From Octopus sinensis (Eukaryota), in the NCBI RefSeq assembly GCF_006345805.1, contig NC_043013.1, positions 34,720,001-34,784,000 of the forward strand: a stretch of 64,000 bases of DNA, read 5' to 3'. Below the pieces are notes generated by a model. That model worked only from the letters and a program-made list of their open reading frames with translations, did not search any database and was not told the DNA's origin. The position numbers were made by a program, and so were the translations under genes. Each line of letters opens with the position of its first letter. Position 1 is the first letter of the stretch. Positions 38,651 through 51,889 of this stretch are shown in pieces.

Positions 38651-39011
38651 AGGTATAGTTTCAGAACCAAAAGTTTGTAGGTTCAGTTTCACTGTATAAC
38701 ATCTTGAACAAGTGTCTTCAAATTACAACCAGTGCTGTCACAAGGCATGGACACACTGCACAGTTGCCCAAGACCACCACAGATCTAGGGGTTCGATTCT
38801 GATCTATGCATGCCTCACCTTACTGTCAATAAATAAATACTAAAGAACCTGGTACATTGATTTCCCCAGGGTTCTATAATTCTGCTAAGATGGCCCGGCT
38901 GATAAACTTGGGGGCTGATTAAAGTTTTGTCCATTAAATTGGAAGGTGGAAACATAGAGTGAGTTTCATTGTATGTATGTGCATGTATGTATGAGAGGGA
39001 GAGAGAGAGAG

Positions 39012-39049
<38 letters not shown>

Positions 39050-39084
39050 TCTATGCGTGATTTCTGCATCTCCTCAATAGCTTG

Positions 39085-39506
39085 TTTACTTGTTTCAGTC
39101 ATTTGACTGTGGCCATGCTGGAGCACCGCCTTTAGTCAAGCAAATCAACCCCAGGACTTATTCTTTGTAAGCCTAGTATTTATTCTATCAGTCTCTTTTT
39201 CCCGAACCGCTAAGTTATGGGGACATAAACACACCAGCATCAGTTGTCAAGTGATGTTGGGGGACAAACAAGACACACAAACATATACATACACACACAC
39301 ATGCATACATATATATATAAATATATATATATATACATATATACAACGGGCTTCTTTCAGTTTCTGTCTACTAAATCCACTCACAAGGCTTTGGTTGGCC
39401 CGAGGCTATAGAAGAAGACACTTGCCCAAGGTGCCATGCAGTGGGAGTGAACCCTGAACCATGTGGTTGGTAAGCAAGCTACTTATCACACAGCCACTCC
39501 TACGCC
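39085..39506 (-). mobile_element. SINE family A, full length
   Basis: All modules present. Confidence 0.92.
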
Positions 39507-39545
39507 TATAATATTTAATTGCATAAATAGGACAGGATTTTTTAA

Positions 39546-40146
39546 CCCTTTTGTTACCAGCCCGGCTGAAACCAGCTCTAGCTCAGACTGCAAATGTCTA
39601 GTTTCCATAAGTTTTGAATTAAAATCTTCCACCAAACCTTAGTCACAATTTATGTTCCTAACACTATCTGAAAGATAACTAAGTTATTTTACTAAATTCT
39701 TTGCTATAGGTGCAGGAGTGGCTGTGTGGTAAGTAGCTTGCTTACCAACCACATGGTTCTGGGTTCAGTCCCACTGCATGGTACCTTGGGCAAATATTTT
39801 CTACTATAACCTTGGGCTGAACAAAGCCTGTGAGTGGATTTGGTGGACAGAAACTGAAAAAAGCCCGTCGTATATATGTATGTGTATATATATGTGTGTG
39901 TGTTTGTGTGTGTCTGTGTTTACCCCCCCCCCCACATCTCTTGACAACCGATACTGATGTGTTTACATCTCTGTAACTTAGCAGTTCAACAAAAGAGAAC
40001 GATAGAATAAGTACTAGGCTTACAAAGAATAAGTCCTGGGGTCGGTTTGCTCGATAAAACTGAAATAAGTAAAAGAGCAAAAGAGTATATTTAAAGTAAT
40101 TGAAAGAAATACAGAGCATCTCAAAAGAAATACAGTAACGAAAGGG
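39546..40146. mobile_element. piggyBac-like MITE family P1 interrupted by a SINE A (39709-40085, +)
   Basis: The MITE matches 24673-25062 up to TTGCTATA and resumes at TATATTTAAAGTAATTG; right end GTAACGAAAGGG. Confidence 0.9.
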
Positions 40147-41404
40147 TCAAAGATCAAATGGCTATAGGGGTCCACCTGAGTAAAATAGGAAACAATGAGG
40201 GGTCCATAGGAAAAAAAAAAAGGTTGAGAACCATTGATGTAGACGATCTCTTACTAGCTTGAATCCCACAGGTCACATCAACAAGAGGCCAATACCAATA
40301 ATGGCAGTTCTCAAAAAAAAAATTAGATATCTGTCTTGGTCATCTTGTCTGTATTGTCTTCTAATCTCCCAACAACAGACAAATCTATTAAAAACAAAGA
40401 AGGATCTATGAGTTGCTAGTCAAATATCTTATCCGTTCAGCCATTTGATATTTCTCAGTAGGAGGCTTTTCTGCTTTGCTGTATTGGTTTCTTTATATAT
40501 ATTATTACTTCATTTTTTTTTTTCATTTGTTTATTTATTACTTCATCTGTTCAGGTTTGTCATGTATAGTTTCTTATAGTTCATGTGTGTGTGTGTATGT
40601 GTGTGTGTGTGTGTGTGTGAATGTGGTATATGCATGCGTCTTGATTCTATATTATTCCAAAATTCCGTTAAATTGCATCTGCTGTTGTTTCCATAACGGA
40701 TTTCCAAATTGTTGTTTCATGGAGTCTTTACTGCCAAGAAATATAATTTATTATACGACCATCAGGAGGAAAACAAAATGAAAAGAAAAGAGAGAAAATA
40801 ATGAAAGATAAAGAGTAAAAAAAAAAAACCCAATAAAACTAGCATTAAACCAGAAACCTTCACAAAATGTAATAAACAATTAAAAAACATCAAATACAAA
40901 AAATACGTAAAAAATACAAGAAAACAATGACATTACCAAATAAACTAAAACATTATTATGAAAAATATAAACACAATAAGCGAAAACAGAAAATCTTTTC
41001 CCTTAAATTTCTAAATGTAAAAAAGCAAATGATTTATTCCTCTATTTTGACAAGCGGAATAAGCAAAAGTATTAACTGCGAGGTTTCACATTGAGGCCAC
41101 AGTCTGTGTCAGGTTACAGAAATCTTCAGCTAATTGATTTAGTATCAGCTCAAATCTCAGCTGATTGTTTGATATTTTCTTTTTCCAACTTGCATCACCG
41201 TGTAATTAACTGCATTCCAAAAACAGCTACGGCAACAACACCACCAACACCACCACCATCACCATTGTGAATACCACTGCCACCATCAGCAACAACAACA
41301 ACAAATAATAATAATAATAATAATAATAACGTTAAGACAGATAGATAAATAAGTATATTGAAGAAGTTTTATTTTTGTTTATTTGTTTTTGTTTTGTTGT
41401 CTTA

Positions 41405-41538
41405 TTTTATTTTATTTTATTTTATTTTATTTTATTTTATTTTATTTTGGTGGGATGATGCAAAGAGAATTAAGTATAACGTCCTAGAATGATTCAAGCT
41501 GGCATCACATTTCCTAGACTTTTCAAATGCTAATAATG

Positions 41539-41584
<46 letters not shown>

Positions 41585-41600
41585 TAATAATGATAATAAT

Positions 41601-41647
<47 letters not shown>

Positions 41648-41691
41648 TAATAATAATAATAATGATAATAATGATAATAATGATAATAATG

Positions 41692-41722
<31 letters not shown>

Positions 41723-41808
41723 TAATAACAATAATAATGATAATAATGATAATAATGATAATAATGATAATAATAATAATAATGATAATAATGATAATAA
41801 TAATAATG

Positions 41809-41851
<43 letters not shown>

Positions 41852-41988
41852 TAATAATGATAATAATAATAATAATAACAATAATAATAATAGTAATAAT
41901 AGTAATAATAATAATAATAATATAATAATAATAATAATAATATAATAATAATAATACCAATGATGATAATAATAGTGATGAGGATGTT

Positions 41989-42034
<46 letters not shown>

Positions 42035-42330
42035 GTTTATTCTTTTTAAATATTCTTTTTAATTTATGTATTAATAATAATAATAATGATAATGATGATG
42101 ATGATGATAATAATAAGAATAATGGTGATATTTGTATTGGCCAAGAGGGCGGCAAAGAAGGAAACACTACAAGGGGACAAATTGCAAAATCAGTGGGGAC
42201 TAATAATAATAATAATGATAATAATAATAATAATAATAATAACAACAACAACAACGACGAGGATGAGGATGATGATGATGATGAAGAAGATGATGATTAC
42301 AATGATGATGATGATGATGATTACAACGAT
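41405..42330. repeat. (TATTT)n, then about 530 bp of (AAT)n with ATG interruptions, then (GAT)/(AAC) tracts
   Basis: Directly visible; accounts for the poly-Ile and poly-Leu ORFs. Confidence 0.95.
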
Positions 42331-42441
42331 GATGTCAGCAACACCGATTATAATGATAATAATAAAAATTAAAATAATAATAATACTGAAAAAAATCTGT
42401 TTATCTTTTCCTAAAATGTATCTTTTACTGTTTATTATTCT

Positions 42442-42472
<31 letters not shown>

Positions 42473-42859
42473 TTCAATTTTTCTATTTATTTCTTATTAC
42501 TCTGACTCACATAAGTTTTCCATCAAGTGAGTAACTGGTTTTGGAATTGTCATCTGAATGTCTTCTTCCTTCACTTGCTCCTTTCCCATCCATGTGTGTG
42601 TGTGTGTGTGAATTCTGTAAGCACTTTAAGATTTACATAGCTTCTGGTTTTGGTCATTGGACTGTGGCCATGCTGGAGCACTTCTTTTAATCAGCTCCAA
42701 ATACTCAACATACACTTTATTTTCTTGATCTCAGAAATAAGTTAAAAATATGGTCTTAATTGGAAGAATTCAAACTCAGATTGGAAAAAGGATGTCATCA
42801 AATACCACAAGGTATTTTCTTTGAGATTATATTTATGTACCATTTATACAAATATATGG

Positions 42860-43161
42860 GGAGGCACATGGCCTAGTGGTTAGAGCAGTGGACTCGCGGT
42901 TGAGGGATCACAGGTTCGAATCTCAGACTGGGTGATGTGTGTGATTATGAGCGAGACACCTAAGCTCCACGTGGATCCAGCAGAAGGTAATGGTGAACTT
43001 CTGTTGACTCTTTCGCCACAACTTTCTCTCACTCTTTCCTCCTGCATCTTGCAGCTCACCTGCGATGGACCAGCGTCCCGTCCAGGTGGGGAACCTATAC
43101 GCCAAGGAAACCAGGAAACCGGCCCTTATGAGCCAGGTGTGGCTCGAGAAGGAACAAACAA
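42860..43161 (+). mobile_element. SINE family C, tail variant C1, full length
   Basis: Head with A and B boxes, V-domain-like CTGCGATGGACCAGCGTCCCGTCCAGG, and tail GGCTCGAGAAGGAACAAACAA. Degenerate copies at about 37510-37610 and 56365-56580. Confidence 0.9.
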
Positions 43162-43867
43162 TATACAAATATATAAGTCTGTGAGTATAAATGGACAACA
43201 GAATTGATTGTTCCATTTGAAGAGGTGAAGGTAGCCTTCAGTGTACTTAACATAAATAGTTATTTATTGTGTATTAAGGTTTAAACAATTTTTTCACTTA
43301 GATTCACAGAACACGCACATATACACATATACACACACACAATCACACACAAAAGTAATAAAATGAATAAATATTTATGTGTAACACAATATGCATTAGA
43401 AACCTATGTTTAAAGTAGTTAAATTAGCTTTTAATGATGTTACTGCTAAATTCTTAACAGATGTAAATTACACATTGTTATTCTCTTCACATACTGAAAA
43501 ATAATGCAATTAAAAGTTATTTTATACATAAATATATATATATATATAAAATGACTTTTCAAAAATATCTTGAGAAGTAAATTTTAATAGCAAAATTTCA
43601 AAGTAAACAGTTACCAGCTACTATTAATGTTATATTATTTCAACTCAACAAATAATATTGGAGTTCATTCCGTGCATGTTTATTATGTCAATTATACAAA
43701 CATTTGAAACAAGCATATATTTACACACACACACACACACATATGGTATGAGAGAAAGAAAGGATATGCGTGTCAATGACATATGTGAGCGATGGTTGTA
43801 CAAGATGCCAGGTTAGTGAAGTGTATTATATATATATAATAGTAAAACATATTTCCTTGTTATAATT

Positions 43868-44752
43868 AATGTAATTCGCCCATCAGGTGCATGAGAAAAA
43901 TATCTATATCTAATATGGCAATGTGGATGAGGGCAGCAAGCTGGCAGAATTGTTAGCACACCAGGGGAAATGCTTAGTGGCATTTCGTCTGCTGTTACGA
44001 TCTGAGTTCAAATTCCACCGAGGGCGATTTTGTCTTTCATCCTTTCGTGGTCGATTAAATAAGTACCAGTTATGCACTGGGGTCGATGTAATCAGCTTAA
44101 TTCTTTTGTCCTTGTTTGTCCCCTCTATGTTTAGCCCCCTGTGGGCAATAAAGAAATAAATCAATGTAATTCACCCATCAGGTGTACGAGAAAAATAGCT
44201 ATATCTAATATGGCTATGTGGATGAGGGCGGTGAGCTGGTAGAATCATTAGCACACCTGGTGAAATGCTTAACGGTATTTTGTCTCGTACTACGTTCTGA
44301 GTTCAAATTCCGCCGAGGTTAACTTTGTATTTCACCCTCTCGGGGTCGATAATTTATGTACCAGTTATGCACTGGGGTTGATGTAATCGAATTAATCCCT
44401 TTGTCTGTCCTTGCTTGTTCCCTCTATGTTTAGCCCCTTGTGGGCAATAAAGAAATAAGAAAGTTGACTTTGCATTTCACCCTCTCGGGGTCGATAATTT
44501 ATGTACCAGTTATGCACTGGGGTTGATGTAATCGAATTAATCCCTTTGTCTGTCCTTGCTTGTTCCCTCTATGTTTAGCCCCTTGTGGGCAATAAAGAAA
44601 TAAGAAAGTTGACTTTGCATTTCACCCTCTCGGGGTCGTTAATTTATGTACCAGTTATGCACTGGGGTTGATGTAATCGAATTAATCCCTTTGTCTGTCC
44701 TTGCTTGTTCCCTCTATGTTTAGTCCCTTGTGGGCAATAAAGAAATAAGAAA
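43868..44752 (+). repeat. Tandem array of SINE B: two 295-bp flank-plus-SINE units, then two 145-bp 3'-half units
   Basis: Unit starts at 43868, 44163, 44463 and 44608. Confidence 0.92.
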
Positions 44753-45220
44753 TGTTACATGGTTCAAAGCATTACTATATTATATATTATATTATTATTA
44801 TATGCTGCAAAAACATGGACATTAATGGAAACTCTGATAAGCTATTGAATTGGTGTATAATTATTGTAGAATTTTTTCAAGAAATTTTATTCAACCAAAT
44901 CAATAACAATATTTAACAAAAACATCTTTGAATGACAGTCTGACCATCTGCCAAGCAAATGGGAAGCAGTAATTGAAGTAGATTGTCGATATACTCCAGA
45001 ATAATCATTTAAAGATGTTTTTGTTACATGTTGTTATTGTTCTTCTTGAATAAAATTTGTTGAAAAAAAGTTGCAATAATTATGCACCAACCCAATAGAA
45101 GCTTTTGAAATATGAACATAAAAGCTGGTGCTCCAGCATGACCACAGTTAAAATGACTGAAACAAGTAAAAGAATAAAAGAATATTGAGGAATGATAAGT
45201 GGATGTGTGGTAAGAATATA

Positions 45221-45385
45221 GGCATAGGTGTGGCTGTGTGGTAAGTAGCTTGCTTACCAACCACAAGGTTCCAGGTTCAGTCCCACTGCATGGCACCTTG
45301 GGCAAGTGTCTTCTACTATAGCCTCGGGCCAACCAAAGCCTTGTGAATGGATTTGGTAGAGGGAATCTGAAAGAAGCCCATCGTG

Positions 45386-45435
<50 letters not shown>

Positions 45436-45625
45436 GTGTGTTGTGTGTGTGTGTGTGTGTGCATGTGTGTTTGTCCCAGTAACTTAGCGGTTTGGCAAAA
45501 GAAACCGATATAATGAGTACTAGGCTTACTAAGAATAAGTCCTGGGGTCGATTTGGTCGACTAAAGGCGGTGCTCCAGCATGGCCACAGTCAAATGACTG
45601 AAACAAGTAAAAGAGTAAAAAGAGT
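45221..45625 (+). mobile_element. SINE family A, full length, preceded by an extra tail fragment at about 45124-45182
   Basis: All modules present. Confidence 0.9.
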
Positions 45626-45649
45626 AATATCAAGGATAAAACATTGAGC

Positions 45650-45945
45650 TAAGGAAAAAGTGCTACAGCTAACAAATACAAAAACATCGTTGCTCTACAC
45701 TATTAAAAAAGAGACTGAAGTACTTTGATCACATAGTAAGAACATGGGGTGTACTAGGACTGTTATAAGAAGGGAAGATAAATAGCAAGTGTTTGAGAGG
45801 GAGACCTAGAACAATCTGAATTGATAACAGCAAGAACTGAACCAAACTGTGATATAGTGTATGTTTTAAAATGGTAGAAAAGAAAGACCTGAATAGAGAC
45901 CCTTGTTATTCAACCTGTTGGGAGCTGATAATATCTAATGAGGAT
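45650..45945 (+). mobile_element. Decayed RTE (BovB-like) LINE 3' end
   Basis: KKRLKYFDHIVR...LL*EGKINSKCLRGRPRTI*IDN.KN*TKL matches the RKLKYFGHI.R...EGKI.GKR.RGRPR..W.D pattern. Confidence 0.75.
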
Positions 45946-46152
45946 AATAATAAGGGTGTGATTTAGAAGAGATTTGACTGCTATTTCTAGCAATCCTATA
46001 GCGATGTAGAGACGCCCATATTGTGCCAGAATTTGAAGCCATTATTAGTGTGGGTTTAGTCCATTTCTTGTCACTGTTATTATAGTTGCAGTAGTGGTAA
46101 TAGTAATTTGTATTCTTATTTTTTGATCTTGTTCACTTCATTACCATCTCTT

Positions 46153-46195
<43 letters not shown>

Positions 46196-46944
46196 TACAC
46201 ACACAGAAATTTATCTCCAAGACGTTAAACAATCTTTACCAACAACTCCCACCACCGCCTCCACTACTTCCATCATTTCCTAATGGCTAGTGCAAGTCCA
46301 AGAATTGTCCGGTCAATCATTGGTTGAAGAAGCAAACCATTGAAGCAATGAAAGCAGAAACAAAAGACAATATTTTCCATCTGCCCCAACCCCAAACCCA
46401 CAAAACCCCCAACCCCCTGCGCTTCTACTGTTCATGTCAAGTGTAAGTCCAGTCAGATTGAGAGTGTCGGGGTGGGTGGGAGGGGGTTGATGTGGGGTTG
46501 ATGGGGGCAGGAGATATAGGGTCACCAATACAACCATCACCATAAACCACCAGAACCACCGATGCCACCTTCAACCACCAATCACCTTCAATTCATGCTG
46601 CTGTTGAAAAATATTCACAAAATTGCTTTTATAAAGTAATTGTCCACAGATTGTACAAAATTCCCTGGCAACAACACACCGAACTGATAAACGCTTCATT
46701 TCTCAAACAAACAAGGTATGTGTGCACATACGTACACACACACACACACACACACATACACACACATACACACATGTGTATGTATGAATATATATGTGTG
46801 TGTGTACATATGTCAGTGTGTGTGTGTGTATGCATTTGTATGAGGTAATGAACATATACATGCACAAACGTGCGTGTATATATATATACACACACACACA
46901 TATATATATGCACACACATATATATATACATACACATATATATA

Positions 46945-46976
<32 letters not shown>

Positions 46977-47000
46977 CACATATATATACATGCATGAATG

Positions 47001-47041
<41 letters not shown>

Positions 47042-47532
47042 TTTTATATATATACATACACAGACACAAGCATATACACATGTACGTTTGTATGTGTGTG
47101 TAAACATGCATATACATACACACACATACACACACACACACACCACACACACACGTGTGTGTGAGTGTGGTAAGTGATGTGCAACAGATATCTATTTTAC
47201 TATCGAGATTTCTCATTTTCTTGCTTTGAAACACCTTCCCTTCCAATCAACTTCCTATACCACCTCCACCACCGCCACAACACTAACCACCACCAAAACC
47301 GCCAACACCACCACTTTCACCGCCCACCTAGTCACTACAAACCAGCACCACCATCTCCACCACTTACATCAAACCTACTATACTGTCTTGACCTTCCAAC
47401 ACAGTATGTAATAACCAAACCATTCTCATCAGTTTCCCTTGCCTCCCACCTCACTCTAATAAATACCATTAACCATCGAAACAAACAATAAAATCAGTAA
47501 TACCAAAAAATACCATATTGAAGAAAATCAAA

Positions 47533-47605
<73 letters not shown>

Positions 47606-47851
47606 ACATAAATATATATACATATATACATATAATATATATATATATATATATACATATATACATATATACATATATACATATACATATATACATATAT
47701 GCATATACATATATATTTATCCATATACATGTATATAAATATATATACATGCATATACATTTACATACACATATACATGCATAAATGTATGTATATATAT
47801 TTATATTTGTATATATACATATATATATATCTGCATATATATAATATATAT

Positions 47852-47898
<47 letters not shown>

Positions 47899-48977
47899 GC
47901 ATATATATAATGCATATACATGTATGTATATATTCCACTGTTTGAACTTGTATATATTACTTTTTAAATACATATGCGTGTATAACTACACCCAGATGTA
48001 TGCATACTTTCACTGTAATCTGTATACAGATATACACATGCTTGTACACACGTACACACACACACACACACACACACATACACACACATATACACACACA
48101 CACATCTGCACTTACTTACATATGTATGTAGCAAGAGGTTATAACAGGAGATAAAAACTGCTGCTTCACAAACTAGGAGAAACAAAACACCTTCCTATAA
48201 TAAAAGAAGAGGAAGAAGAAAACGATAAAGAAAAACAAGGAAAAGAAAATACCAAAAAAAAAATAATAATAATAATAATATAATAATAATAATAATAAGT
48301 GAAATAAAACAAAAATAATAATCCTCTGTCCTTCTTCCCTCCATCCCTGCTCTGCTGCCAGCAAAGAATTATGGGAAAGTAAAAGAATGTAAACATCCTG
48401 AAATGAGTGCCTTCAGTCGTTCTTGGTAAAACTATAAAATGGTTTTGAGGACTGTCCAAGCAGATCATTGTTTAGATTAATTGATGCCACTGACCAATAT
48501 TTCCTCAAACTCAAATCAAGCTCTTCTCTACTATTTCTTTGCTTCATCTCCGGCATTGCTCTCTCTCTCTCTCTTCCTCTCTCCCTCTTTCGCTCTCTCT
48601 TTCTTTCTCTGTTGCTCGCTTGCTCTCACTTTCTCACCGACTAACTCTCCTTTTGTGTCTGTTTCTCTCATTAAATATTCCGTTCCTTATTTTTCTCTTC
48701 TTTTCTCTCCGTTCCTCACAACAACATTTTCCTCTCTTCCCGTCCATCTCTTTCTTGCAGTGTCTCTCGTTCTCTTTCCCTTTTTGCTAATTCTTCTCAC
48801 CATCTCTCCCTCTCTCTCCCTTCTCTTTCTCCCCATCTCTTTCTCCCCATCTCTTTCTCCCAAATGACACTTTTTTCACCTAATCTCATCCTAAATCATT
48901 CCTTCTCTCTCTCCTTCTCTCTCTCTTCTTTCACTTTCTTTTACCAACTCCTTCAACTTTTGTCTACCTCTCCAACC

Positions 48978-49011
<34 letters not shown>

Positions 49012-49475
49012 TCTCCCTCCCTCTGCAACCCTCACTAACGTATTATCTATTCTAGCCACCAATATATTTATTTATTCTGGTCATCATTTATGTAAAGCAA
49101 TTTAAAATATATTCTTCTTCTTTAGATGACTTCAGATGTCAAGTCCAGTTGTTGTGGGCAAGGATTCTATTATAGAAATTGTTTAGAAACTGTTTTATCA
49201 TAGATGTATTTACTCTCCACTGCCTCTTTCTCCCTTTCCTGGAACCCACCAACCTATTTTAATTCTAGACTGTTGGACATCAGATAGGTAAGGTTTCATA
49301 CAGTTCCTGTTCTCTTAATGCTAATTAAATGGTGTTCTTCAGCCATCAAGAATGCTACCACAGGAAAATTTCTTTCTTGTTGCTCATTTTAATCCTACTG
49401 CTTCTTTGATGCTGCCTTTTCAGTTCTTGAATTATATATATATATATATCACGTGACCACGAGACCGACCAGGCC

Positions 49476-49649
49476 AACAGAAGAAAGAGTGAGAGAAAGT
49501 TGCGGTGAAAGAGTATGGCAGGGATCGCCGCCACCCCGAGCTTTAGGTGTTTTCGTCCAATAAAAACTCACAACGCCCAGTCTGGGAATCAAAACCGCGA
49601 TCCTACGACCGCGAGTTCGCTGCCCTAACCACTAGGCCATTGCACCTCC
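49476..49649 (-). mobile_element. SINE family C with short tail variant C3, embedded in (TA)n
   Basis: Family C head and body, then TGTTGGCCTGGTCGGTCTCGTGGTCACGTGA running into (TA)n; (TA)n on both sides. Confidence 0.8.
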
Positions 49650-50970
49650 ACATATAATATATATATATATATATATGCCGTAAATGATGTGAAGCAATTA
49701 GGTGCTGAGTAAAAAGGCACTCGGTCCTTTCTGTAAAATGGTTGGCATCGGGAAGGGCATCCAGCTGTAGAAACCATGCTCAAAGAGACTATGGAACCTG
49801 GTGTGGTTCCTGGCCTTGCCAGTTCCTGTCAAAACTGTCCAACCCATGCGGGCATGGGAAAATGGATGTAAAAGGATGAGGAGGAAGGAGGAGGATTATG
49901 GAGGTGATGACGTTGATGAGGATGCTGATGACGCTGAAGAAGATGAAGAGAAAGAGGAAGAAGAGAGGAAGAAGATGAAGATGAGGAAGAGGAGGGGAGG
50001 AAGAGGAAGGAGGAGGGGAGGGAGGAGGAGGAAGAGGAGGAGTGGGGCGGAGGAACTATTCATATCTAATATTAACTCTGCAACTAAGTCACCATAGTGA
50101 AATAATGGTATCTCCCTTACAGATTTTATAGTGTGCATATAACTCTATACTTGTCCCTTGTCCCTTTCTCCCTTTTTGAACTCAAAAGGAAAGGAGGAGA
50201 CTACTCCATCATTAACAGGGATCAGAGACAGAAAGTACATTAGGGAATGAATCGAGCAATCGGTCAGTTTTTCTGAATGGAGAGCTACCTTGTCTTTTAT
50301 CTTTCACTGCTTTCAGTCATTACACTGTGGCCATTCTGGGGCACCACCTTGAAAAATTTTTAGTTGAATAAATTGATTCCAGTACTTTGTTTTTTAAGCT
50401 GGTACTTACTCTATTGGTCATATTTGTCTAACCCCTAAGTTGCGGGGACGTAAGCACAACAACACTATTTGGGGGACGATTGTTGACTCAAAGGCATACA
50501 CATTCACACGCACACATACACACACACAAACATATATAAATATATATATTTACATGATTGGCTTCTTTCAATTTCTGTCTCCCAAGTTTAATCTGATCCA
50601 TGTAAGCACAGAAAAGTGGACATTAGAGTGATAATAATAGAGGGCAGGGGAAGTTATGCTGTGGTCATATCCTGCCAAGATATTCTCCCTGTCCTATGTC
50701 CAAACTGTCCAGATTCACTCACAAGACTCAGGAAAAGGCCTTTGCCCAACATGCCAGGCAGTAGAACAACCTGAAACCATTTGGTTGACAAGCAAGCTTC
50801 TTGCCACACAGCCACTCCTGCCATTTCAAGATGTAGTTTAAAAATAAATATAAAAAGGAAATATCTTTTCTGTTGACATATGATTAAGGGCTATGAGTTT
50901 TATAATAGAATTTAAATACAGTTACAACAATATATATACACACACATATATAAATACAGATATATATGTA

Positions 50971-51032
<62 letters not shown>

Positions 51033-51033
<1 letters not shown>

Positions 51034-51220
51034 GGGGTTTACAGAAAAAAACAAAAGACGAAGACAGGTGCTGTACAAAACAAAAAGATGTATTAGTATA
51101 ACGCTCAGAAATAGAAAATATCTTTTACATTTCGAGCCTACGCTCTTCTACAGAAAGGGACGCAGAAAACAAGGAGAGAAAAAGATGTGTGTAGTGGCTA
51201 ACGATCTATCATGGCGTCTG
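51033..51220 (-). mobile_element. Small PLE-like element with a hammerhead-like motif (third ribozyme family); sister copy at 58735-58912
   Basis: Minus strand 51157-51122: CUUU-CUGUAGA-A-GAGC-GUAG-GCUC-GAAAUGUA|AAAG; flanked by simple repeats. Confidence 0.55.
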
Positions 51221-51221
51221 T

Positions 51222-51260
<39 letters not shown>

Positions 51261-51307
51261 CATACATAATTACACATACACACACACACATATATATATA
51301 CATATGC

Positions 51308-51658
51308 ATATGGGTACAGGATGTCACCAACAGTAAACAACATGGAATATTAAAAAAAATGTGTTCAATACACAAACAAGAGAAATAAATGGAAAACAGG
51401 ACAAGTAACATAAAGAATGACCCTTCCCAACTTTGATCATCCATAAATCCCAAATTTAATTTTGGTACCTATGGGAGCAACTGTCTTCGAAGACTCATAT
51501 TATCATTCAATGCTCGAAATGAGGAATAGATAGACAGCTGACAACTGATGAAGGGTCGTCCTTTATGTTACTTGTCCTGTTTTCCATTTGTTTCTCTCGT
51601 TGTTTTCGTGTTTTCGTATTTCATGTTGTTTACTGTTGGTGATGTCCTGTACCCATAT
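51308..51658. mobile_element. Inverted-repeat element in (TA)n, probably PLE-derived
   Basis: Arms 51308-51426 and 51550-51658 are diverged reverse complements around a spacer of about 123 bp. Confidence 0.55.
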
Positions 51659-51840
51659 ATGCATATTTATATAATATATTATATATATATATATATATTA
51701 TATTTTAGAAGAAATGAGGTAATCAGAAGATCAGATGGTTTATATTTACAGATATTTATTTATATATTACATTTTTTACATATATATCATATCACTTAGA
51801 TCATTAGCGCTTTCTCCCATTCTAGTGGGGTTTTCAAATA

Positions 51841-51889
<49 letters not shown>

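Noticed and set aside
43868-44752. Regularly spaced repeats as a CRISPR-like array (also 18642-18905 and 27270-28130)
   Set aside because: The units are contiguous tandem copies with no unique spacers, the context is eukaryotic, and there are no cas genes.
51500-51570. GCTCGAAA...CTGATGA as a permuted (type II) hammerhead
   Set aside because: Stem I cannot be formed and stem II would rely largely on G-U pairs; not supportable.
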